A stretch of DNA of 64,000 nucleotides from positions 64,068 to 128,067 of the forward strand of contig JACQQA010000005.1 of assembly GCA_016207245.1 (NCBI GenBank). Reading direction: 5' to 3'. Below the pieces are notes generated by a model that was not told the origin of the DNA, ran no database searches, and saw only the letters and a program-made list of their open reading frames with translations. The position numbers were made by a program, and so were the translations under genes. Shown piece by piece: positions 1 through 10,200 of the stretch. Origin of the DNA: Candidatus Magasanikiibacteriota bacterium. GTDB taxonomy: Bacteria; Patescibacteriota; Patescibacteriia; Magasanikbacterales; UBA922. How positions within the stretch are numbered: position 1 is the stretch's first letter; each line of letters opens with the position of its first letter.

Positions 1-1
1 T

Positions 2-3000
2 GGCGATGAGTGGAAAGAATATCAACTCGGTCCGATTCAATTTACCGGCGCTGTTGATAAAGACACGAATTTAAAATTTTTCAATTACAATCTTAATGAT
101 CCAACCTTTTATTTTCTTGATAATGTGGAATTGCGCTATGTGCCTGATACGAGAACGATTATCAAAGATTCTTGGAAAAAGAAATTACCATACAACGGAC
201 AATCAGTGAACGCGGATGTTCCTCTTGCTTGCGACGCCAATCCAACCGATCCGTTCCCGGGCGACGCATTGGGCTGCCGCGCTTACGCGGAAGAAAGCAC
301 CGGCAGCATAGTGAATGTTACCGGATTTGAGAAATTGTGCCGAGTTGGGGCAGTCGGTTGCCGCGCGGTGTTTGATTCATACAATACAAAAGAAACCGAC
401 GCGACTGCGTTCAATGTTTGGTGCCAAGGAACGGTGGGCGATACGTCTTGTGAATTAAAAGCCGAAACAGATAAACTTGGCGAGTGCAAAATAGAGCAAG
501 GCAAAGACGGCTGTTATGTTGATAAGATAACATTGCCGGAAGGCGTAAGCCTGCCCGCCGGAGTTACTAACGCGGAAGTGAAGGATTCTACGATTATAAT
601 CCCCGCAGACACGGCTGATAACAAGCCGGTGTATTTAACCGTGCGTCCGCAGTTCGGCTGTTTGGAAAAAGCCAAAGGCTGCCAGGAAGTCGGCGCGGAA
701 GAACAGGTTTTGCCTGATAAAAATTCCGGTGCCTCTTATCAGCATAATGCGACATATCTAATCAATGATCCGTCTAAATACACTAGCGCGGATCGCACGC
801 TGTGCCGCGCGGATTTGGTCGGCTGCGAGGATTTCAAAGCCGGCAGCGATATTTTCTATTTTAAAAATCCGCTTAAGACCGGCAATAGTTTTTGCGAATA
901 CAAAGCCAAAGTGGAGAATGGCGGCGTAGAATACAAGGGTTGGTTTTTGAAAGATGTTGGTGTTTGTTATACTTCGGCTCCGCTCAGTATAAACACTGGC
1001 AAAATCTGCGGCAAAGATTCGGATTGCGGCGAAACCGAAACTTGCCAGGATAAAGGCAATGTTCCTTGCTATGATAACTATTTGCAGGCCGGCGGATTTT
1101 ACGACATTTGGTCAAACAATACTTCGCAGTACGAAGGAAATGTCGGCGTTTGTCCGAGCGAAAAAAATGGCTGCCGCGAACTAATTGATCCGGCCGACAC
1201 TTCCGACCTAAACCCCAAAGGCCAGCCGTATTACGCGATTTTTGACAAGCGGGTTACCGGCAAGGCCGGCGAGTGCGAAGGACAGGCAAGCCAGGTAGAG
1301 GGCTGTGTCTTGTTTAACAAAACCGATGAGCCGAATTTGCTTTATGATTCAGTCAAAACTTATCAAAACAGCGAGGATAAAAATTTCGCGCTGGTGCCGC
1401 TGGTTACAAACACAAATAAAAAAGATTCAAATTTGTTATTAAAAGTAATCCGCGACCGCCAATGCGCCGAGTGGCTGGCTTGCCAAGGGTCTTTGCCGGT
1501 TCCCGATACTCAATCCGGCACCGGCGAGCGATACAGCTGTTACGCGCTTCAGCCCTGCGAGGCCGGCAGTAGTTTAGAGTGCACCACTCCATCAACTCTG
1601 ACTGCCGAAGCTGACGATCGTCTGACTTATAGCGACTATATTGGCCGCGACGTGAGCTGGTCCGGCGCTCGCGAGTATTCCGGCTATTCGTTATTTCAAA
1701 AACCGCCGGCCGCTAATTTGGAATTTGTTACCATTAAAAAAGATATTACCGGCCTTGAGCAGGACGCGATTTTTGTCGGGTATATCAATAAGAAAGCCGC
1801 GTCCGTCTGTTCAGCCGGCGCAGCTGCCAACGGCGCGAAGTGCGGAAGCAAGGGCGTTTGTTATGATAAAAAATGCCTCGTTTCTCCGGATGATTCATAT
1901 CCCGCGGAATTGTTTGGCGCCAACGCGCAGAATTTTGCCGCGAGTAATTTTTATAAGTATTTATACAAAGTTGAGTGCCGCGGTTATCCGGCGCAAGACA
2001 GCCCGTTCAAAGGAAAATTAGACGATGTGTCGCAATTCACGCAGTCATTTTTGAGCAACGCGAGTTTCTGCGCCGAGGGAGAAAATTGCGACTGCAATTA
2101 CATTAAAGTTGAATACGGCGAGAACGGTTCAAGCGGTGAAACTAAATACTATCAATTGGGCGGAGAATTAAATTCGGATTTGCAAAAAGGCGGTATTTGT
2201 CAGGACGGGCCGAATGACGACAAGCCGTGCAGTTCAAACAAAGAATGCGCTGACAAAACCGATGAAGCAAATAACGGTACCTGCATCCGCCAATCAAAAC
2301 GCAACACTCGCATCGGCTGGAACGGCTACTGTTTGGAGCGCGATTTAAGCCGCCACGTCAATGGCCGGATTGACGACGCGCCCGACGCTTTCGCCTGTCT
2401 CACCTGGCTGCCTTTGGATTATGTTCCCGGCCTGTTTGACATTTATTACAGCGACCCGTCAATCGGTTATGTTCCGCCAACCGGCAAAGGCAGTCCGGGG
2501 CAGGCGTATTGCACCGAGATGCTGGGGGTGGGAGGGTTGAGTCCGGATTTGGATTTTAGTTGTGATCTTACAAAGCTTGGGTTAAAAGGGGATGATTTTT
2601 TTGATGGAGCAGGGGCGCTGGATGCCAACTTGTGTAATAATGGAGGTGAGGTATTACCGCAAGATATCCAAACATCTGGTTTTGATTTATCATATGTTCA
2701 AGAAAAGACGTGGAAAATGATAAAAGAATTGTCTGGCGATTTGAGCGGATTTTTTGGTAATTTGTCAGCAGAGGAAATGGCAAAACAGACCTATAATTAT
2801 ATAAGCCGCGTGGATACGACAGTACTGCCGATAATGTGGTATATTGATGGTGCGGCGAAGAAAAAGGAAGTTCCTTTAGATCAGGTTGTTGGCGGTATGT
2901 GGGGGTTTAATTACGATTATGACAAGGGCGACCTCAATACATTATTAAGAAAGAATTCAATAACATATACCGCAGTGATGGCTGCCGGCGGGCTTAATCC

Positions 3001-5392
3001 AAACAACGTTTCGGCGATTGTTCCCTACCCTCCTTTATTTCCGAATGTGCAGTACGACCAGATAACAAATCAAAAGGCGATTAGTGAAAAATTTAGTTTA
3101 GATAATTCCGTTTTTGAGACACTACCTATTTCGAATCACGACAGCGGTGTTATTAGGCAAGGTCCAAATAAAGCGGAAACATTTATAACAAAAGATATGA
3201 TTTACGCGGTATCTTTTGTGCCACTATGGTTGAGCGGGGATGAAGACAATACTGTTGGGGGTCCTGTGGTACCGGCCATGGGTATGCCGCTAACTTTGTA
3301 TGTTGACAAAGAATACCCAGATCAGTTTGGTTTGGATGCTAATGTGGATATGAAGAAAAGCGCGGCAGCGAATAGTTGTAGTTTTTGTAAATATTGGACG
3401 ATGAAGACGGAGCACAAAAAAGATAAATTTAACAACAACAAAGATGTGGAAGGGTATTTACTGCAATGGTTCGCTATGGACCCAATGAACGGCGAGGATC
3501 CCACGACAGGTGACGCGTCCGCGATAGAAGAATATGTTGACAATACTTACCTGGTTAATCCGTTGGCCAGCACAAATGGAAAAGCGGACGTACATTGCAA
3601 CATCGGAAAAGATGACGACAATCATTTTATCACGGTAGAAATTTTATTTGACAAAGAAACAGGCAAATTCGTCGGTTACCGTTCTCGTAATTGTGTAGAA
3701 TTAGATGTGAATAACGGCGATGAGTTTGGCTATGCAATGGCAGTTGTGTTTACTTTGAAGCCAATGTGTGTGGAGGCGGTAAAAGTTGTAAGCGGAGACG
3801 GGGTAACTAACAAAGCATACACTGACCGCGTTTGGGATGGCGGCAAGGAAACCGCTCCAAACACATACGAATCCAACTTTGTTGATAATGGCGCTGACGC
3901 GGGTCCTTATGGTTCGGCTAGGTTCGATAGTTTGAATAATTGCGAATCGGACAACCCGTGGTGTTATTTACAGCGGAACCCCAATAACGACATTTTGCAT
4001 GGCGGTACGCCATGGCAGTGTTTGGGAAGTTTCAAATCAGAAGCAGGGGTTGTATTCGGCGGCAACTGTCCTTTGGAAGATAAATTTAAGGATAAAGTGG
4101 TTGGATATAATCGGACAAAAGCATTGGACACGCCCGAATTACCATGGGAGAGTAAATTTTATAATGCTACTCCCATTATTTTAGCAAGTTCCGAAAAGTA
4201 TCTATTGTTTGATTCGCTATTTGCGAGATTATACGAGAAATCCACGAGAATGGGGGATGAGGAAAACGAACTGTCAACTGATTCTGCAAATAATTTGATT
4301 AGTCAACAAAACAAATTAAACAAGATTACAGGTGACACAACTTACAATTATTCATATCAATCTACGGCCTCGTTTCAGCTTAAAGATTATCCCATTTTGA
4401 ATCATGTTTGGGATTTTTCAAGCTCTACTACTGACATATTTTCTTCAATTAAAAACCAATTTTCTTCTTTTGATCCTAAAGTTGAACCATCCATCGTCCT
4501 CTTCGGCGACCATGCCGCTTTCCGCGGGGTTCCGCCAAGCATCTATCCGGTCGTAAAATGCGCCGGCCAAAAATGCGAGCTTGACAGTAAAGAACAAGGA
4601 TTTTCCGTGAATGGTTTGAACGGCAACAAAGTTGACGACAAATTATTCGGCGTCAAAACCAAAATGGCGCAAGTCCAATTCTTCGCCTGGGCTGACCACA
4701 ACCAAATGCCCTTGCGCCGGATTATGGTTGACTGGAGAGAGAAGGGAACAACAGGGTCTGATAACACAATCTCCGGCACTTCGCAGGGTTATTATTCTAA
4801 CTACAAACCGTATTGCGGAGATGACAGCGGAAAGGCGAAGGAGTGTGTGAAAAAAGATAATAATGCTGGTGGCAATAAAATTGTTTCCGGCAGCGGCATC
4901 ACTTGTCAAAACGATACCGAGTGTCCTTCCGCAACCCCAACCTGCGTTGATGTCGGTCCCAAATTCGGCAACCAGCCAAACAAAACCTGCAAAGACACTC
5001 CGGTCGTTCGCATCTTTAACTACACCTGCGACGCGGACAATGGTCCGATTGTGGCAGTCAGTAAGTTTAAAGATAAAACCGTTGGCACCACTCTTAGTCT
5101 GTCTATTGATGACACTTTGAGCCAGAAGTGGTACAACTTTCTCATTGACAAAGGCTTCAAAACCACCGACTCAGTCTGTATCTTCCAGCCCCGCGTTCAG
5201 GTTTTGGATAATTGGGGGTGGTGTACTGGGAGTTGTTTAAAACCACAAACAAGCAGTGTCTGGGAAAACGGTGGGTGTTATGATGACGAAATAGTTTTAA
5301 ACAGCGGTCTTGTAACCAGTTATGATCAGTGTTTAACCAATAGTGCATGGAAAGATTTTGACAATATCATCGTAGTGGCACCAGTGAAGTGA
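2..5392 (+). CDS. Giant cysteine-rich secreted/surface protein, C-terminal 1796 aa; the 5' end lies upstream of the window
   Basis: The frame is open from nt 2, with no stop before the GTG at 125 used by the ORF track, so the gene is cut by the window edge. Cys-rich with many short C-x(n)-C spacings, G/D/N-rich, no TM segments. TGA stop at 5390-5392 is followed by a hairpin terminator. Confidence 0.8.
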   Translation, partial: GDEWKEYQLGPIQFTGAVDKDTNLKFFNYNLNDPTFYFLDNVELRYVPDTRTIIKDSWKKKLPYNGQSVNADVPLACDANPTDPFPGDALGCRAYAEESTGSIVNVTGFEKLCRVGAVGCRAVFDSYNTKETDATAFNVWCQGTVGDTSCELKAETDKLGECKIEQGKDGCYVDKITLPEGVSLPAGVTNAEVKDSTIIIPADTADNKPVYLTVRPQFGCLEKAKGCQEVGAEEQVLPDKNSGASYQHNATYLINDPSKYTSADRTLCRADLVGCEDFKAGSDIFYFKNPLKTGNSFCEYKAKVENGGVEYKGWFLKDVGVCYTSAPLSINTGKICGKDSDCGETETCQDKGNVPCYDNYLQAGGFYDIWSNNTSQYEGNVGVCPSEKNGCRELIDPADTSDLNPKGQPYYAIFDKRVTGKAGECEGQASQVEGCVLFNKTDEPNLLYDSVKTYQNSEDKNFALVPLVTNTNKKDSNLLLKVIRDRQCAEWLACQGSLPVPDTQSGTGERYSCYALQPCEAGSSLECTTPSTLTAEADDRLTYSDYIGRDVSWSGAREYSGYSLFQKPPAANLEFVTIKKDITGLEQDAIFVGYINKKAASVCSAGAAANGAKCGSKGVCYDKKCLVSPDDSYPAELFGANAQNFAASNFYKYLYKVECRGYPAQDSPFKGKLDDVSQFTQSFLSNASFCAEGENCDCNYIKVEYGENGSSGETKYYQLGGELNSDLQKGGICQDGPNDDKPCSSNKECADKTDEANNGTCIRQSKRNTRIGWNGYCLERDLSRHVNGRIDDAPDAFACLTWLPLDYVPGLFDIYYSDPSIGYVPPTGKGSPGQAYCTEMLGVGGLSPDLDFSCDLTKLGLKGDDFFDGAGALDANLCNNGGEVLPQDIQTSGFDLSYVQEKTWKMIKELSGDLSGFFGNLSAEEMAKQTYNYISRVDTTVLPIMWYIDGAAKKKEVPLDQVVGGMWGFNYDYDKGDLNTLLRKNSITYTAVMAAGGLNPNNVSAIVPYPPLFPNVQYDQITNQKAISEKFSLDNSVFETLPISNHDSGVIRQGPNKAETFITKDMIYAVSFVPLWLSGDEDNTVGGPVVPAMGMPLTLYVDKEYPDQFGLDANVDMKKSAAANSCSFCKYWTMKTEHKKDKFNNNKDVEGYLLQWFAMDPMNGEDPTTGDASAIEEYVDNTYLVNPLASTNGKADVHCNIGKDDDNHFITVEILFDKETGKFVGYRSRNCVELDVNNGDEFGYAMAVVFTLKPMCVEAVKVVSGDGVTNKAYTDRVWDGGKETAPNTYESNFVDNGADAGPYGSARFDSLNNCESDNPWCYLQRNPNNDILHGGTPWQCLGSFKSEAGVVFGGNCPLEDKFKDKVVGYNRTKALDTPELPWESKFYNATPIILASSEKYLLFDSLFARLYEKSTRMGDEENELSTDSANNLISQQNKLNKITGDTTYNYSYQSTASFQLKDYPILNHVWDFSSSTTDIFSSIKNQFSSFDPKVEPSIVLFGDHAAFRGVPPSIYPVVKCAGQKCELDSKEQGFSVNGLNGNKVDDKLFGVKTKMAQVQFFAWADHNQMPLRRIMVDWREKGTTGSDNTISGTSQGYYSNYKPYCGDDSGKAKECVKKDNNAGGNKIVSGSGITCQNDTECPSATPTCVDVGPKFGNQPNKTCKDTPVVRIFNYTCDADNGPIVAVSKFKDKTVGTTLSLSIDDTLSQKWYNFLIDKGFKTTDSVCIFQPRVQVLDNWGWCTGSCLKPQTSSVWENGGCYDDEIVLNSGLVTSYDQCLTNSAWKDFDNIIVVAPVK

Positions 5393-5404
5393 ACAAAATT
5401 GAAC

Positions 5405-5433
5405 AAAAAATCCACCGATGAGGTGGATTTTTT
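5405..5433. terminator. Bidirectional rho-independent terminator
   Basis: AAAAAA-TCCACC-gatga-GGTGGA-TTTTTT. The A-run and T-run flank the stem. It sits between the convergent genes 2-5392 (+) and 5505-5945 (-). Confidence 0.8.
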
Positions 5434-5504
5434 GTCAGAAAGAATTTTATAAATAAAATCCTTTGTTGGGAGCCTGACGCGGGGTGGGAAGATGTTGCGG
5501 CAGG

Positions 5505-5945
5505 CTAGAGGTTGGCGGGTTGGCACTGGAGTGCAGCGGGGTCGGAGAATACCTCCGGTGGGCGATCCCCGAAAGCCGGCGGACAGGAAGCAAGGCACCC
5601 CCATTGCTCGTCGTAGTGCCATTGGATCTGGCATTGCCCTGCGATGGGTCCGCAGTCGAGCCACTTTCCGGTGGGGTACTGCTCGAGAACTTTTGAGCAG
5701 TCTGTCGGGGGAGCGGGTTGCTCCGTGTCGGGCTGGGAGCCCTCGGTGTCCGCCTCACCGGCGGACGCGTCTTCTCCCGGGAGGGAGACGAGACAACCGG
5801 CGGGGTCGTCGGCTTTGCCCTGGCAGGCGGCGGGTACGGATTCGTCATCCGTGGGACCCGGCGGGGTGTCGGAATCGCAGGACGCGAGGAGAGTTGCGCC
5901 GAGAATGGCGCAGGCGAGAAGGGCGTACACCCAATGACGCACCAT
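5505..5945 (-). CDS. Small Cys-rich lipoprotein encoded in a GC-rich island
   Basis: N-terminus MVRHWVYALLACAILGATLLASC has a basic start, a hydrophobic core and an L-A-S-C lipobox. GGAGG (5952-5956) lies 6 nt upstream of the ATG (5943-5945). The mature part is acidic and Pro-rich with 9 Cys. The local sequence is visibly much more GC-rich than its flanks. Confidence 0.65.
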   Translation of the reverse strand: MVRHWVYALLACAILGATLLASCDSDTPPGPTDDESVPAACQGKADDPAGCLVSLPGEDASAGEADTEGSQPDTEQPAPPTDCSKVLEQYPTGKWLDCGPIAGQCQIQWHYDEQWGCLASCPPAFGDRPPEVFSDPAALQCQPANL

Positions 5946-6370
5946 GGCGCACCTCCTATGTCCCGAAATTGGGACGACCCGCTATAGACTACCTGTTAGT
6001 CTGCGGCGGGGAGTAGAGTTATTTTTTAACCGCACTCCTCACCGCAGACTTTTTTACCAGTGTTTACTTTGCCACGCCGTAGCCTTAGCGAAGGCGGGGC
6101 CAACCATATTTGTTCTCTTTATCACGGTTTTTAACCGCGAACATAGAGAAACGATTTAAAGAACAAACCTATTTATCCATATTAATTAGACCATAAAAAT
6201 ACAGTTTTGTCAAGTTGAAAAAACAGCTTTTGGCTAACTTGCGAGCTTCTGTCAAGGGTGAGGTGTGGATAAGTCGGACGACAGAACACAGAATGCAGAT
6301 AACATGACACATAAAAAACACAACTGTTCGTCGTTGTATTCTGTTATTTGTATTCTGTATTCTGCTCGCC

Positions 6371-6417
6371 GTCGGTCCCAAATTCGGCAAAGACATTCCG
6401 GTTATTAGCATCTTTAA
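6371..6417 (+). repeat. Degenerate duplicate of an internal 3' segment of the giant gene (nt 4952-5019)
   Basis: 6371-6390 is identical to 4952-4971 (20/20). 6391-6417 matches 4993-5019 at 23/27. About 21 nt (4972-4992) are missing from the downstream copy. Confidence 0.8.
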
Positions 6418-6418
6418 T

Positions 6419-6446
6419 TTGACAAGGCGGTTATTTTTGGTATAGT
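6419..6446 (+). promoter_or_regulatory. Sigma70-type promoter for the MNT/HepT operon, with leaderless geometry
   Basis: TTGACA (6419-6424), 16-nt spacer, TGg-TATAGT (6438-6446). The ATG at 6455 is only 9 nt after the -10 element. Confidence 0.6.
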
Positions 6447-6454
6447 GTAAACAT

Positions 6455-6736
6455 ATGACACTTACAGCAATCACAAAAAAAATTAAACCGGTGTTGAGAC
6501 GGCATAAGATAGAAAAAGCCGCTATTTTTGGTTCTTACGCTCGCAATGAACAAAAATATGAGAGCGATTTGGATTTATTAATAAAACCGCCCAAAGGCAT
6601 GTCTTTGTTGGGCCTAGTCGGGCTTGAGGAAGATTTGCGGGATAAGCTCGGTTTTGATGTTGATGTGGTGACTTACCGTTCCATTCACCCGCTTTTAAAA
6701 TCATATATTAAAAAAGACCAAGTTCGTATTTTATGA
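6455..6736 (+). CDS. mntA: MNT-type nucleotidyltransferase antitoxin
   Basis: GSYARNEQKYESDLDLLI matches the minimal nucleotidyltransferase G-S-x(n)-D-x-D motif. 93 aa. The stop overlaps the start of the next gene (ATGA). Confidence 0.8.
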   Translation: MTLTAITKKIKPVLRRHKIEKAAIFGSYARNEQKYESDLDLLIKPPKGMSLLGLVGLEEDLRDKLGFDVDVVTYRSIHPLLKSYIKKDQVRIL

Positions 6737-7074
6737 AGAAAGATCCTAAAATTTTTTTATTGCATATTTTGGAATCTATTAAGAATGTTGAGGATTATTT
6801 AAGCGGTAAAACAAAGAGAGATTTTTTAGAATCGGAACTTTTGCAGGATGCTTTTATCCGCAGGCTAGAAGTAATCGGCGAAGCGGTAAGCCAGATTCCA
6901 GACAATGTGCGTCGAATATTTCCCAAAGTTCCTTTGCAGGAAATCGCCGGCATGAGAAACAAATTGATTCATGAGTATTTTATCGTGGATTTGCATTTAG
7001 TCTGGGAAGTTGTGCAAAAAGATATTCCACAATTAAAAAAACCGATTATGCAAGTGTTAGAGGAAATCGGGTAA
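6733..7074 (+). CDS. hepT: HepT (DUF86/HEPN) RNase toxin
   Basis: 113 aa. RNKLIHEY is the HEPN R-x4-H motif near the C-terminus. There is a 4-nt overlap with the upstream MNT gene. Confidence 0.8.
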   Translation: MKKDPKIFLLHILESIKNVEDYLSGKTKRDFLESELLQDAFIRRLEVIGEAVSQIPDNVRRIFPKVPLQEIAGMRNKLIHEYFIVDLHLVWEVVQKDIPQLKKPIMQVLEEIG

Positions 7075-7091
7075 GTGAAATACTTTAAGAC

Positions 7092-7121
7092 AAAAAATTC
7101 GCCTCATCGGCGGATTTTTTG
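7092..7121 (+). terminator. Rho-independent terminator
   Basis: AAAAAATTCGCC-tcatc-GGCGGAT-TTTTTT directly after the hepT stop. Confidence 0.75.
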
Positions 7122-7157
7122 TTTCTTAAAAATGTATTCTGTTATCGCTGCCTGTCG

Positions 7158-7199
7158 CCCGCCTGCCATCGCCTGCGGCTCAAGGCGCTGGCAGGCGGG
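7158..7199. repeat. GC-rich hairpin element (GCCTGCC...GGCAGGC core)
   Basis: CCCGCCTGCCATCGCC / GGCGCTGGCAGGCGGG form 16-bp arms with one mismatch and a 10-nt loop. The same GCCTGCC/GGCAGGC core occurs inside the palindromic elements at 25822-25946 and 45248-45373. Confidence 0.7.
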
Positions 7200-7256
7200 T
7201 GTTTTGTGTTTTGATGCTGGCGTTATCCCCACCCTCTCCACTCCACGCTAAAAACA

Positions 7257-7265
7257 TGGTATAAT
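7257..7265 (+). promoter_or_regulatory. Extended -10 promoter element upstream of the VirB6-like gene
   Basis: TGgTATAAT lies 24 nt upstream of the ATG at 7289. No good -35 was seen. Confidence 0.45.
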
Positions 7266-7288
7266 ACCATCATCTTCAAACAACCAGC

Positions 7289-10200
7289 ATGCAGAGCTTA
7301 TTCAAGCGAAAATTTTTTCTTATCCTGAAACGGTTTTCAGGTTTATTGAGGCTTAGAAAAAGCCGTGTTGGTTTTGGCGTTTTAACTGCGGTTTTAGCGT
7401 TGGGTGCTGCGGGATTTTTTATTCCCTCAGCGGCAAGAGCTTTGGGCGACATGGAAACTTTTTCCGGGGGTTTGATGCTGGCAATCAGCAAGTTCGCCTT
7501 GGGTTTGGGCGAGTTTTTTATAAAAATGAGCATTTTTTTCCTGCGGTTCTTTATCGCGTTAGCCCAATACAACAACTATATTGATTCTCCGGTGGTAAAA
7601 CTCGGCTGGCTCATGGTGCGCGATGTCGTCAATATGTTTTTTGTGGTGATTCTGTTAGTTATCGCCATCGGCACGATACTCGGCATGGAGCAATATCAGT
7701 GGAATAAGACTTTGGTGAAATTGATTTTAAGCGCGGTATTTGTAAATTTCAGCAATTTAATCAGCCAGCTTTTCATTGACGCGGCGCATATTTTCACCTT
7801 GACTTTTGCCAGCGCGATCTCCGCCACTGCCGGCGGAAATTTAATAAACATGTTTCATTTTGAAAAAATTTACGCCATCACTACCGGGAAAGTTGATGTC
7901 GGCGTGAAAGGAGAAAGTTTTGACATGATGGGCCGGACGCTGGTGGCTTCAATCGTGGCTATGTTATTCGCTCTGCTGGCCATGCTGGTGATGGGCGCTT
8001 ACGCGATAATGATGCTTTTACGGATGACCGTGCTGTGGGTTTTGATTATTTTATCGCCAATGGCGTTTTTGTTTATCGCTTTGCCGCAGACAACGAATCG
8101 CTATGGCGAATGGTGGAAAGAATTTTCCAATTACGTGGTGCTGGCGCCGACGATTTCGTTTTTCATGTGGCTGGCTTTTGCCACCGCCGGTTCCGGCACG
8201 CTGGGTTCTGATATTGGCATCACTGACAGCATGTTGCAGTCCGGCCAAATAGACTCGGTCGGCGCTTTGACTTTGTCCGCGGTGACAACTTGGGAAAACA
8301 TGGCGAATTTTTTGGTCGCTATCGTCTTGTTGTTCGTCGGTTTGCAGGAGGTGCAGAAACTCAATGTTGCCGGCGGCAGTGTCGCGAGCAAAGCTAAGGA
8401 TTTTTTCGGCAAAGTGGCGACGATCGCCACCGGTTACGCGGCCGGAAGATGGTTGGCTGGGAAAGCGGCGGCTGGAGCGAAAGCTGGCGTTGGTTTGGCA
8501 TGGAAAGGAACAAAAACCGCGGCGTGGTATGGGGTGAGAGGACAACAGTGGAAAGAGTGGGGGCAATATCAATATGCTTCTTTTCAGGCTTGGCGCAAAA
8601 ATACTCGCCGTCAGCCAAAACTTAAAACAGATGAAAAGGGGGAATTAATTAGAGTTGATGGCAAAGTGGTTTGGGATACCGATGAACAAGGCAGGGTTAT
8701 AATGGAAGAGGCGCCACCGGAAGGCATTAAAAGTGGAATTCAGCATTGGTTAAATAAGCGCGTGCAAGCAGATGATTTTAGCGCCAAGAGATTGAAGAAA
8801 ATGCAGGATTTTGAAAAAAAGAGAGAGGAATTGAATAGTCGTTATATTAGTGCTAATCCATCCCATAAATTTTTTATGGATGAAGCGGAACGTAATTCCG
8901 TAATGGAGATGAGAGACGAAAACGGTGAAGTAATGAAGGATGAAAAAGGGAAAACCAAGTATATACGTACTGATATTGCCAGGTTTGAATCTGGTATTGA
9001 GGAATTTAATAAAGCCAGGTCTAATGATAAAACCAAAGAGCATGCGGCGATGGGTCAGGCAGCGGCTGGCGCGGCCGAAAGGTACAAACTGACCGGCACA
9101 GAAGGTAAAATTCCGGTGTTGACTATAGTAGTAAAGAAAAAAGAGGATGAGACATCAATCAATGAACAAAGAGCCGGACACCAGATACGTTCGGAGTTTT
9201 GGGAAACAGCGATGACAAACGGGTTAGAGAAAGCCAAGTTAGATTACGCGTCATCTGAAGAAGGGCGGCAGTTTTTAGTTAATAAAGACGATTTGCGTTT
9301 GTCAACCGAGGCGGCCAAAGATAATTTTGTGGCAATAGAGAAAGAAATAGAGGAAGAGGCTTTAGGAGAGGGCAGGAAGGAGTATGAGGAAATGACTGCG
9401 AGAATAGAGGAAGAACAAAAAAAATTGCTTTCGGGAAAAGAAGTTTCTTTGTCAGCGGAATTAACAGGCATCGAAGATCAGATAGATGAAAAACAGCAAA
9501 AACTTTCTAGTCCGCTTATGGAAAGCGCTGATGCAGCTAGAGATGAGTACTTGGCCAAGCGAAAAGGATTGGAAAATAATCGGTCAGTGGTGGATAAGGA
9601 AGCAGTGGAAGAAATGGGGAAATTGAGCGAAGATGAAAGAAAAAGCATGGACGAACGTGTAAGTATAGAAAATGAGATTAATAATGCGGAGAAGATGCTC
9701 GGTGAGGCAAAGACACAGAAAGAAAAGAGTGTCGCAAGTGCAGATGTTGAAGGTTGGAAGCAAGTACTGGCTGACTTTGATGAGAAATATAAAGGTACGA
9801 CATTGGGTGCGTTTTTGGAAAAGGCCAAAGCTCATGATGTGATAGAGGAAAAAATAAGTACGTTGGACGCTGAATATAATATGGAAAAACTTCGGCGTGA
9901 ACAAGAAATAGAGCGAGTTGTGACCACAGATCCGGAATTGCAACGGTTAAGAGAAGAAAGGAAGACAAAAGAAAAAGCGTTGAAAGAAGCAGGCACGAAG
10001 TATCAACAGACCGATGAATATAAAACAAAGAAAGCAGAGGTTGATAGTAGAATCGAAGAGATAGAAAGAGGTATGAGCACGGCTGGGGCAGAGAGAATAA
10101 AAGCAAAAATTACGCGCCAAACATCAGAGGCGGCAGCTAAAAGAGCAGAAGAGCAGGCTATGCGAGCGGCCATGGGAGTTAATGGTTTGAGAAAGTTGTT

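Noticed and set aside
5447-6016. Seven further overlapping ORFs of 70-174 aa on both strands, e.g. 5492-6016(+), 5447-5848(-) and 5644-5937(+)
   Set aside because: They are a by-product of the GC-rich composition, which leaves few stop codons in any frame. Only 5505-5945(-) has a Shine-Dalgarno sequence, a lipobox signal peptide and a sensible domain layout.
6734-6736. Alternative genetic code (UGA recoding, as in some CPR lineages)
   Set aside because: TGA terminates well-delimited conserved genes here: MNT at 6734-6736, the giant protein at 5390-5392 and the antitoxin at 52698-52700. In each case a downstream start or terminator is correctly positioned, so the standard code 11 fits.
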